Assembly: GCF_014697025.1 (NCBI RefSeq)
Contig: NZ_JACJRC010000019.1
Span: forward strand, 69,081-101,080
Direction: 5' to 3'
Length of the DNA: 32,000 bases
Source: Alkalinema sp. FACHB-956
GTDB lineage: Bacteria > Cyanobacteriota > Cyanobacteriia > Leptolyngbyales > Leptolyngbyaceae
The notes below the pieces were generated by a model. It was not told where the DNA came from. It saw only the letters and a list, made by a program, of their open reading frames with translations, and did no database searches. The position numbers and the translations under genes were made by a program. Shown in pieces: positions 19,089 through 26,323 of this stretch. How positions within the stretch are numbered: the first letter of the stretch is position 1; every line of letters starts with the position of its first letter.

Positions 19089-19757
19089 GTGGCCAGTTTG
19101 CAATTCAAGTTGAAGTTATTTCGACGACGGGAAATTTGGTGTCCGACCTGGCGAGGTTGGCTCTTGCTGGGAGTGCTCTTGCTGGGGTTAGGGCTGGGGG
19201 TTGTGCCGCGAATTCATCCGTTTTTTGCTGTGACTGCGCCGATTTCAGCGGAGGCGTTGGTCGTGGAGGGGTGGATGGATGATGAGGCCGTTATCCAGGC
19301 GATCGCGGAATTCAAATCCCATCCCTACCAATTGTTGATTACAACGGGTTCTCCACTGCCGAAAGGCTTTTATTTAGCGCAATATCAAAACTTTGCGGAA
19401 TTATCGAAGGCTACCTTAATTCAAAGGGGATTTCCGGTCGATCGTATTGTTGCAGTTCCTGCGCCTTTTGTGATCAAAAATCGTACCTATACTGCTGCTC
19501 TCTCCGTTAAACAATGGTTGGAAAGAACTCAATCTTCCATTCGTGCAATCAACATTTTTACAACGGGAGCCCATGCGCGTCGCAGTTGGATGCTCTATCG
19601 CAGGGCGCTGGAACCGCAGTTTCAAGTGGGGGTGATTGCAACGCCACCACAAACCTATGAAGTCGATCGATGGTGGGCCAGTAGTGAAGGGGTGAAAATG
19701 GTGATCTTTGAGGCTTTAGGGTGGTTCTATGTCCAGGTGTTTAATCGGTTGGATTAG
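19089..19757 (+). CDS. DUF218 (YdcF/ElyC/SanA-like) family protein
   Basis: GTG start and an N-terminal TM segment. ALVVEGWMDDEAV, LLITTG and IFTTGAHARRS fit the DUF218 pattern as I recall it. Confidence 0.65.
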   Translation: MASLQFKLKLFRRREIWCPTWRGWLLLGVLLLGLGLGVVPRIHPFFAVTAPISAEALVVEGWMDDEAVIQAIAEFKSHPYQLLITTGSPLPKGFYLAQYQNFAELSKATLIQRGFPVDRIVAVPAPFVIKNRTYTAALSVKQWLERTQSSIRAINIFTTGAHARRSWMLYRRALEPQFQVGVIATPPQTYEVDRWWASSEGVKMVIFEALGWFYVQVFNRLD

Positions 19758-19783
19758 GTGGTGGGAGACGGGATGTGGAGCGG

Positions 19784-19864
19784 GAGAAGGTGAATTTGTT
19801 GGTCTTTGATGCAAAACAGGAGGTTGTGGTGCAGTGGATCGAGTCAATGAGTATCGAACCATAA
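19784..19864 (+). pseudogene. xisH: 3' remnant (about 20 codons) of a xisH gene overlapping the xisI start
   Basis: The frame reads ..EKVNLLVFDAKQEVVVQWIESMSIEP*. It aligns without gaps to the C-terminus of the intact XisH in this window (GVKLLIYNPIEEEIVLWKD*). It overlaps the xisI start as xisH-xisI pairs do. The rest of xisH is missing and the DUF218 stop lies at 19757. Confidence 0.4.
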
Positions 19865-20175
19865 TTCAGCGGGTGATGGCTGATTATTACCAGCTTTATT
19901 CCCGATCGAAGAATCCAGATTTAGAGACGTTGTTGTTGTGTGATGGGTCGCAGGATCAGTATTTGTTGATGCGGTTGGGCTGGGAGGGCGATCGGCGGGT
20001 GAATCGGAATGTGATTCATTTGCGGTTGCGGGATGGCAAGGTGTGGGTGGAGGAGGATTGGACGGAGCAGGGGGTGGCGACGGATCTGTTGGCGGCAGGG
20101 GTGGAGCGAGAGGCGATCGTGCTGGGGTTTCAGCCTCCTCATGTGAGAGAGTTTACGGAGTTTGCGGCGGTTTAA
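19834..20175 (+). CDS. xisI: XisI (fdxN-element excision controlling factor I family)
   Basis: 113 aa, GTG start. YRTIIQRVMADY, LLMRLGWEGDRRV, HLRLRDGKVWVEEDWTE and IVLGFQPP match the XisI family and the second XisI copy at 24477-24812. Confidence 0.85.
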   Translation: MDRVNEYRTIIQRVMADYYQLYSRSKNPDLETLLLCDGSQDQYLLMRLGWEGDRRVNRNVIHLRLRDGKVWVEEDWTEQGVATDLLAAGVEREAIVLGFQPPHVREFTEFAAV

Positions 20176-20262
20176 GGTTCGATCATTTTGGTGGGTGGAA
20201 GGTTTTGGGATTCAGGTGTTAAACTCTAGCAGATAATGCTTCTCTGCTGGAGTTTTTAGGCC

Positions 20263-20745
20263 ATGGTGGTCGATCGTTTGGCGGATATTCATGCTGCGTT
20301 GACGGATCTTTATGAGCAGCTTGCGGGTGAGGAACGCGCATGGCGGTTGGCAGAGGAGGCGGAGAAATCTAGGCTTCAGCAGAAGATTCGGTTAACTTGG
20401 CAGAGAATTCGTGAGTACGATCGCGAATATGTTTTAACTTTGAGCAAGCGGGTGAAACGGGCGGATTTGCCGGAGCCGATCGCGGAGGCGGTGATGGCTG
20501 AGTTTGTGGATGAGCTGGAAGTTCTGGCTCCCATGGAGAAGCGGGATGAGACGAAGCAGCTTTTGTTGGAGATTTTAGCGGAGTTGAGGAAGCCGGGGGT
20601 GCCTGCTTCGGCGAAATTAAAGGTGGCGATTCCGATTATCCCGAATGTGGTGAGTTATGAGCTGGAGGGGGATACGGAGAGTGTGGTGCGGCGGCTGTTT
20701 CCGACGTTTGTGAAGGTGTACGAGGCGATCGCGGCAAAAAAGTAG
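20263..20745 (+). CDS. 160-aa coiled-coil protein with a C-terminal hydrophobic segment (SAKLKVAIPIIPNVVSYELEGDTES); candidate adaptor/effector partner or N-terminal module of the downstream STAND NTPase
   Basis: ATG start. About 110 aa are charged and heptad-rich (EERAWRLAEEAEKSRLQQKIRLTWQRIREYDREY..), followed by a short hydrophobic motif. It has the same G3/T3 codon regime as the NB-ARC 5' half. It ends GCA AAA AAG TAG. Confidence 0.7.
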   Translation: MVVDRLADIHAALTDLYEQLAGEERAWRLAEEAEKSRLQQKIRLTWQRIREYDREYVLTLSKRVKRADLPEPIAEAVMAEFVDELEVLAPMEKRDETKQLLLEILAELRKPGVPASAKLKVAIPIIPNVVSYELEGDTESVVRRLFPTFVKVYEAIAAKK

Positions 20746-20779
20746 CGGCTCTTGGTGCAGGGAGTTCTGAGCCAGGAGC
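20722..20779 (+). promoter_or_regulatory. Candidate -1 ribosomal frameshift cassette: SD-like GAGG, slippery A_AAA_AAG, spacer, stem-loop
   Basis: GAGG lies at 20722-20725. The heptamer A AAA AAG lies at 20736-20742 in the zero-frame X_XXY_YYZ register. TAG lies at 20743-20745. An 8-bp stem pairs 20748-20755 with 20772-20779 (one G-U pair), starting 5 nt after the heptamer. The -1 frame is open from 20661 to 24239. Confidence 0.35.
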
Positions 20780-20828
20780 GCCATCAAAGTCAAGTCTGAA
20801 GCCGAGTGCGCTGAGGCTACCAGTACAA

Positions 20829-23800
20829 TTGCCGGAGAATTTTGTGAAGCGGCCTGAGGCGCTGGCGGCAGTGAAGGAACTGCTGCTACGGGAGAGTGAG
20901 CGGACGTTGGTGGTGAGCGCGATCGCGGGGTTGGGTGGCCTTGGAAAGTCGGTGTTGGCGACGGCGATCGTGTGGGATGACGAGGTGCAGGCGCGGTTTG
21001 CGGATGGGATTTTGTGGGTGACGTTGGGGCAGCAGCCGGATTTGTTATGGGAGCTTGGGGAGTGGATTCGGGCGTTGGATAAGTCGCGGGAGAGTTGGAG
21101 TGCGACGACGCTGGAGTCGGCGAGGAGGTATTTGCATAGTCTGCTAGTGGATAAGCGGGTATTGCTGGTGGTGGATGATGTATGGAATGCGGCTCATGCC
21201 AAGTGGTTTTGGGTGGGTGGGCCTGAGTGTCGGGTGTTGGTGACGACGCGGGGGGTTCCAATTATTGGGGCGGAGCGATATGACTTAGATGTGATGTCGC
21301 CAGAGGATTCACTGACATTGATTCGGAAGACGTTAGCGGATAAATGGCAGGTGGAGATGGAGCAGCCTGCGTTAGAGTTTGCAGAGATGCTGGGACACTT
21401 ACCTTTGGCGTTACGGTTGATGGCGCTTCAGATTAGTCGTGGGAAAAGGTGGGAGTCGCTAAAGCAGGCATTTTTGAAGGAACGGTTGCGGTGTTTGTAT
21501 GAGGCTGGGGTACGGTTGTCAGATTTGTCTGAACAGGAACAGCGCCAATGCAGTTTAGCGGCTTGTTTTGAGGTGAGTTTGGCAAGGTTACGGGAGGACG
21601 ATCCGGCGCTATATGAGCAATTTGTGTGGTTGGGGGTGTTACCGGAGGATGTGACGATTCAAGAACAGATGGCAGTGACGTTGTGGGGTGTGGAAGATTG
21701 GGAGGCAGAGGAGTCGCTGTTGAGTTTGTATGAGCAGGCGTTTCTGATGAGAGCGGGGGAGTCAGTTGAGGGATATGCACTGTATCGGATGCATGATTTG
21801 ATGCATGCTACGGCGCAGGGGTTGATTGAGTCAGGATGTTTAGCGGGTGTAGAGAGTTTGGCTGCGGCGCATCGATCGTTTGTGGGACGGTATGGCAAAT
21901 TGAATGCGGAAGCTTATTTGTTTGGGTTGCCGAAGGATGGTTATATTCATCGGCATCTGACGTGGCATTTGGTGATGGCGGGGCGGGAGGATACGGTTCA
22001 TCGATTGCTGCAACGGAGTAATCGATTGGGGCGAAATGCTTGGTTTGAGGCTTGTGAGGAGATTGGGGAGCCTGCGATTTTTGTGCAGGATGTGCAGCGG
22101 GGTTGGGAGTTGGCGGAGGCGTTGTATGAGCGGGATAATGCAAAAGCAATTATTTTACAGATAAGATATGTACTAATTTTTACAACCCTAAACAGTCTAC
22201 TAAATCACATTCCGGATGAATTAATTGCCGCCCTAGTAAAGCATGGCTATTGGCAAGTGGAAAAAGGATTAGCCTACGCAGAGAATATTCCGGAAAACTG
22301 GCATCGTGGTAATACCATTATTGAATTAGTTCCTTATTTATCTCAGACTCTTGCCATCAAGTCGATCAATATTGCTCAGGAAATTGATGATGATTCCATT
22401 CGAGAAAATGTTCTTCAGGCTATAGCCCGAAAGTTCCCCGAATTGCTTCCTAATATTCAGCTTAATAAAAGTGATTTTCCTGACAAAGAAGTAAACATTT
22501 TAGAACATCTTCAAATAGATACATCTGATGGTAGTCAATTAGCAGCTTTAGAGAAAATCCAAATAATAGTAGATGAAGAGGATAAGTGCAAAGCAATATG
22601 TGAAATAGCGCCTAAGTTAAAGGAAGAATTTCTTGAAAAAGCAGTTAGTATTGCATATTCAATCGAGCATTTGGAATTACACATCAAAGCTCTATGCCGT
22701 ATAGGAAAACATATCCCAAAAATTTATCCCGATCTATATAGTAGAATATTATCACTAGAGCCAGAGGATCCATCTCTTGGCAGTGGAGAGGATTTTGCAT
22801 TGATTCTTTGCCACGCAATTTCAATTTTTCCTGAACTAGCTCAAAAGGCTTTAGAGTGGTCATCCAACTATCTAACTGATGAATTTATGCCATGGGCTGT
22901 ACGCAAAATAGCACCTCATATCGATGAGGATGATTTATTGTATGAAGCCTTAGACTATATATTTTCTGAACGGGATGAATATTATTATTCAGATGGTCTT
23001 GCAGCACTCTCCCCATACCTTTCTCCTGAATATATTACTATTGCCTTTAATAGAGCACAATTGATTCATGATCCTGGCAGTCGTATAGCAGCACTTAATG
23101 CTTTAGTATCCTATTTACCTTTTGAGAAGCTTGAAAGCTTTCTTTCCACTTCAAAACAGATCAGTGATCAATATGAATATTGTTATGCAATCGCCTATTT
23201 CTCTCGAAAATATCCTGTGCTACACAATCACATGATTGAGATATTAAAGACTATAGAAAATGAATTAGATTGTATAAATACACTATTTTTACTTGCAAAA
23301 TATCTCCCTATTCAATACTTGTCGCAGATTCGTGGATTCATTGAAAAAGTCCATGAAGAATACGAATACTTTTCTCTTTTAATCCTGCTAGCAGCAAAAG
23401 ATTCTTCACTATTGCAAGACATTATAAGAGAGTCAAAATATCTCGACAATGATGATTATGCAGGCATTATGGTTCAACTAGCAGAGTTAATGCCTGAAAA
23501 AAACAATGAAGCACTTAAGGCTGTTAAAAAAATAAAAAATGGTTATAGGAAGAAACTTCTTTTAAAAAGATTGCTCCCCTGCTTGAGTAGAAAACAGCTT
23601 TTATCTTTATATAACCGAACGAAAAAAGGTGTTGTTGATGAAGATGATATAGAGATGCTCATTGAGATTGTCAACTTTTTACCAGAAAAGGCAGAAGATT
23701 TATTGGAAAAAATACGAATGAGTTTCGGGCAGAAAACTGAATGGAATTGGTTGGTTGAGCTAGCTAAATTTCTTCCAGATTTGTGTTTAGAAACCTTAGA

Positions 23801-24239
23801 AAAATGTGCCGAACCTTCAGAAATTCTTTCGCAAAGCGATACTTTGATAATTTATATGACTGCCTTTCCTGATTCTCTACCTTATGTAATGGAAAAATTT
23901 CCACAAGTTCGATGGGATAAGCTCAATATGTTTAATTTAATAGCTTTAGCGAAATCTCTTAAAGCTGAATTCCTGCCAGATGCTATAACCGCCATCAAGA
24001 AACTGAGTAATCCACAAGAGAGAGCAGATGCTTACAGCAACTATCTCTCTCGCCTATCTTGGCAGAGTATGTCTTATGAAGAGTGGAAAGATATATTAAA
24101 AATATTGTCATCGAGCGAACGTGCATCCTTCCTAAAAGCCTTGCCAGATCTTACACCTGGTATTAAGACTTTTGGTGGAGAACACGTAGTAGAGGATGTG
24201 ATATTGACCTTGCGTGAAGTTTATAGCCAATGGCCTTAA
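20829..24239 (+). CDS. NB-ARC (AP-ATPase/STAND) NTPase with a C-terminal helical-repeat (HEAT/ARM-like) sensor region
   Basis: The NB-ARC signature is complete: Walker A GLGGLGKS (aa 34-41), VLLVVDDVW (aa 111-119), RVLVTTR (aa 135-141) and GHLPLAL (aa 189-195). From about aa 440 on there are repeated units of the type ..L..LA..LP....L..AL..I.. The protein ends GGEHVVEDVILTLREVYSQWP. There is no ATG start: TTG at 20829, or GTG at 20844 with GGAG 7 nt upstream. No effector domain precedes the NOD. Confidence 0.9.
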   Translation: MPENFVKRPEALAAVKELLLRESERTLVVSAIAGLGGLGKSVLATAIVWDDEVQARFADGILWVTLGQQPDLLWELGEWIRALDKSRESWSATTLESARRYLHSLLVDKRVLLVVDDVWNAAHAKWFWVGGPECRVLVTTRGVPIIGAERYDLDVMSPEDSLTLIRKTLADKWQVEMEQPALEFAEMLGHLPLALRLMALQISRGKRWESLKQAFLKERLRCLYEAGVRLSDLSEQEQRQCSLAACFEVSLARLREDDPALYEQFVWLGVLPEDVTIQEQMAVTLWGVEDWEAEESLLSLYEQAFLMRAGESVEGYALYRMHDLMHATAQGLIESGCLAGVESLAAAHRSFVGRYGKLNAEAYLFGLPKDGYIHRHLTWHLVMAGREDTVHRLLQRSNRLGRNAWFEACEEIGEPAIFVQDVQRGWELAEALYERDNAKAIILQIRYVLIFTTLNSLLNHIPDELIAALVKHGYWQVEKGLAYAENIPENWHRGNTIIELVPYLSQTLAIKSINIAQEIDDDSIRENVLQAIARKFPELLPNIQLNKSDFPDKEVNILEHLQIDTSDGSQLAALEKIQIIVDEEDKCKAICEIAPKLKEEFLEKAVSIAYSIEHLELHIKALCRIGKHIPKIYPDLYSRILSLEPEDPSLGSGEDFALILCHAISIFPELAQKALEWSSNYLTDEFMPWAVRKIAPHIDEDDLLYEALDYIFSERDEYYYSDGLAALSPYLSPEYITIAFNRAQLIHDPGSRIAALNALVSYLPFEKLESFLSTSKQISDQYEYCYAIAYFSRKYPVLHNHMIEILKTIENELDCINTLFLLAKYLPIQYLSQIRGFIEKVHEEYEYFSLLILLAAKDSSLLQDIIRESKYLDNDDYAGIMVQLAELMPEKNNEALKAVKKIKNGYRKKLLLKRLLPCLSRKQLLSLYNRTKKGVVDEDDIEMLIEIVNFLPEKAEDLLEKIRMSFGQKTEWNWLVELAKFLPDLCLETLEKCAEPSEILSQSDTLIIYMTAFPDSLPYVMEKFPQVRWDKLNMFNLIALAKSLKAEFLPDAITAIKKLSNPQERADAYSNYLSRLSWQSMSYEEWKDILKILSSSERASFLKALPDLTPGIKTFGGEHVVEDVILTLREVYSQWP

Positions 24240-24299
24240 AGAAGAATTCTTTTTCTTAATAAAATTTTGTTCGAATGCTTCTGCCTCATGCTCTACAGA

Positions 24300-24434
24300 C
24301 TAGCCCACTGCAAACGGTCAGACCTGATGGGGGATTTGACGACACTTTATCCAGCGATTTTGCACCTAGGCGGTGAAGGCGCAATGCAGGGGATTGTGGA
24401 AGAGATGAAGCGGATTTGTGGGCAATGGCCGTAG
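24300..24434 (+). pseudogene. Orphan STAND-gene 3' tail, copy 1 (last 44 codons plus stop)
   Basis: It reads LAHCKRSDLMGDLTTLYPAILHLGGEGAMQGIVEEMKRICGQWP*. This aligns without gaps to the C-terminus of the intact STAND protein (..RASFLKALPDLTPGIKTFGGEHVVEDVILTLREVYSQWP*). Confidence 0.6.
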
Positions 24435-24476
24435 GGGGAAGGCGGAAGTAGGAACGCTGAAGGCGGAAAAAGCATT

Positions 24477-24812
24477 CTAGGCGACACTGTAGCCTGTATC
24501 TGCCCTGGCATACTCCGGCTGTAATCCCAACACAATATCCTCCTTCCTCACTCCCCGCTCCACCAACGCCTGCGCAATCAATCGATCGGTTTCATTCCGC
24601 TGAATCCAAACCTTCCCATTCTTAATATCCAAATGCATCAACACACTATAAAACCGTCGATTCCCTTGCCATCCTAAACTCACTAGCTGATAGTGATCAC
24701 GATCGCGATCGTAAATAGTCTGAATTTCTGAATCAGCCTGTACCACTTCACCCCCAGCATATTCAGCCAAAAGCGCTGTAATAATATCTCGATATTGCTC
24801 TAGTCCTTCCAT
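24477..24812 (-). CDS. xisI: XisI family protein
   Basis: 111 aa with YRDIITALLAEY, LVSLGWQGNRRF, HLDIKNGKVWIQRNETD and IVLGLQPE. Its start overlaps the xisH stop by 13 nt. Confidence 0.9.
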   Translation of the reverse strand: MEGLEQYRDIITALLAEYAGGEVVQADSEIQTIYDRDRDHYQLVSLGWQGNRRFYSVLMHLDIKNGKVWIQRNETDRLIAQALVERGVRKEDIVLGLQPEYARADTGYSVA

Positions 24813-25219
24813 AGGACAATTTCCTCCTCAATTGGGTTGTAAATGAGCAGCTTCACCCCATAAGTTTGCACTGAGGCTTTCGCTAATGGACGTTGGAAAA
24901 ACATCTCATAGGCAATCAGTGGCACTGCTAAATATAGTTTGCGATCGGGTTCCACACTTTGCAACACCAACCGATAATTCAAAAACTGTCCTAAGGCTGC
25001 ATGGTAATCAAACAAAGCAGACTCACTCAAAAAGCTCTTGATTTCAACAGCGATTTTTTCATTGTCACGTTCCGCTGCAAGTAGTCTTTCTGCTCCCAAG
25101 TCAATTCTCACTTCATCTTCATCCTCGAACTTCAACCTCAGAGGATCGGCAGTAATATTCCATGCCTCCTTCAACAAAGCTGTCTTCACTGCGTCATGGT
25201 ATCGGTCTTTTGCAGACAT
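24800..25219 (-). CDS. xisH: XisH family protein (endonuclease-like fold)
   Basis: 139 aa. MSAKDRYHDAVKTALLKEAWNITADPL.., IDLGAERLLAAERDNEKIAVEIKSF and LYLAVP match the XisH pattern. Confidence 0.9.
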   Translation of the reverse strand: MSAKDRYHDAVKTALLKEAWNITADPLRLKFEDEDEVRIDLGAERLLAAERDNEKIAVEIKSFLSESALFDYHAALGQFLNYRLVLQSVEPDRKLYLAVPLIAYEMFFQRPLAKASVQTYGVKLLIYNPIEEEIVLWKD

Positions 25220-25294
25220 TTTATCGATCGGGATTGACTGGGCTTTTGTTTTCTATCATACCTCCCCCGCCTCCCCCTCGCTTCCCTTCCGCGC

Positions 25295-25456
25295 ACCGAC
25301 TGGCAAGCCTACCTGCACCTGCTAGCCCACCGCACAAGGGCAGCCCTGCTGGGTGATTTAGTGACGCTTTATCCCGCAATTTTACACCTAGGCGGTGAAG
25401 GCGCAATGAGGGGAATTGTGGAAGAGATGAAGCGGATTTGTGGGCAATGGCCGTAG
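25295..25456 (+). pseudogene. Orphan STAND-gene 3' tail, copy 2 (last ~51 codons plus stop)
   Basis: It reads TDWQAYLHLLAHRTRAALLGDLVTLYPAILHLGGEGAMRGIVEEMKRICGQWP*. Its last 51 residues (from W) align without gaps to the last 51 residues of the intact STAND protein (W..L..L....RA..L..L..L.P.I...GGE......QWP). Positions 25385-25490 are nearly identical to 24363-24468. Confidence 0.6.
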
Positions 25457-25552
25457 GGGGAAGGCGGAAGTAGGAACGCTGAAGGCGGAATAGGGGGATG
25501 GGAAGTCCGGGGGAGGCGATTCTTGGGGTAGAGGTTAGGCACGGGAGGATGC

Positions 25553-25573
25553 GCTAGACTGGAGACATCTAGC
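25553..25573 (+). promoter_or_regulatory. Inverted repeat overlapping a -10-like TAGACT upstream of the antitoxin gene (possible TA operator)
   Basis: GCTAGA (25553-25558), 9 nt, TCTAGC (25568-25573). It lies 22 nt upstream of the ATG at 25595. Confidence 0.3.
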
Positions 25574-25594
25574 CGATCGATTCGGGTAAGCCCC

Positions 25595-25861
25595 ATGACT
25601 CTGAAAGAAACCTTACTGCAAGAACTCGAAACCGCTGATGAAGAATTGATCACAGCAGCGATCGAATGGGTACGATCGCGCAAACATCAAACCGCACTGC
25701 CACCTGCCAGTGGTGTCCCAATTCAGCGTGGGGCAAAACTGGGTGACTTACTTGAATTTGCGGGCACTTGGGCGGGTGAAGATTTAGCCGATTGTTTAGA
25801 AAACGTCTATGCCACCCGCAGTAAAACCGATTTTAGCGCTGCTCCCCAACCCTTCGAGTAA
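25595..25861 (+). CDS. Antitoxin (DUF2281-like N-terminus) paired with VapC
   Basis: 88 aa. MTLKETLLQELETADEELITAAIEWVRSRK resembles the DUF2281 antitoxin N-terminus. Its stop is 2 nt before the vapC ATG. Confidence 0.65.
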   Translation: MTLKETLLQELETADEELITAAIEWVRSRKHQTALPPASGVPIQRGAKLGDLLEFAGTWAGEDLADCLENVYATRSKTDFSAAPQPFE

Positions 25862-25863
25862 CG

Positions 25864-26310
25864 ATGTATCTGCTTGACACCAACCATTGCAGCCAGATTA
25901 TTGCAGGCGATCGGCAAGTGATTCAGGAAATTCTCAGCCGTCGTAATGAAGGCGTTGCAATTAGTGTTATTGTCCAAGGTGAGCTGCGTTTCATGGCCGA
26001 ACATTCCGCTCAAAGAACTGAAAATCTAAATCAGATTCAAGGCTTTCTGGAACGATTTGATCTGTATCCGATTAGTGCGGATATCAGTAATACCTATGCC
26101 TCACTCAAAGCTTCACTGCTCAGGACGTTTGGGCCAAAAGATCAAGCTCAGCGCCGTAAAACACGAATTCAAACAATTGGTTTTGATGATAACGATCTGT
26201 GGATTGCGGCTACAGCGATTCAGCATCAGCTTATTTTGGTTTCGGCGGACAGTGATTTCGATCGAATGCAGCAAGTCTCAACACTACGGGTTGAATCCTG
26301 GATAATGTAA
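25864..26310 (+). CDS. vapC: PIN-domain toxin VapC
   Basis: 148 aa with MYLLDTNHC (first acidic residue), VQGELRFMAE, NDLWIAATAI and LVSADSDF, the four PIN motifs. Confidence 0.9.
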   Translation: MYLLDTNHCSQIIAGDRQVIQEILSRRNEGVAISVIVQGELRFMAEHSAQRTENLNQIQGFLERFDLYPISADISNTYASLKASLLRTFGPKDQAQRRKTRIQTIGFDDNDLWIAATAIQHQLILVSADSDFDRMQQVSTLRVESWIM

Positions 26311-26323
26311 GTTCTTAAGGCTC

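Noticed and set aside
20617-22149. Long reverse-strand ORFs (20617-21261, 214 aa; 21433-21780; 21659-21898; 21808-22149) encoding Pro/Thr/His/Ser-rich proteins
   Set aside because: They are antisense to the motif-rich NB-ARC coding frame. Their low-complexity P/T/H composition follows from the G-rich, C-poor sense strand, whose complement is C-rich and stop-poor. No motifs or start context support them.
19834-25219. The two xisI-containing modules as inverted repeats of an invertible or composite element carrying the STAND gene
   Set aside because: The two XisI proteins are only about 35-40% identical by eye and the nucleotide sequences are not alignable. They therefore cannot serve as homologous inverted repeats. 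No recombinase gene is present in the window.
24347-25683. Reverse-strand ORFs 24347-24535 and 25369-25683 sharing the identical ending ..PSPPRCKIAG
   Set aside because: The shared ending only reflects the duplicated STAND-tail sequence read antisense. The sense frame aligns without gaps to a real protein C-terminus, whereas the antisense frames are low complexity.
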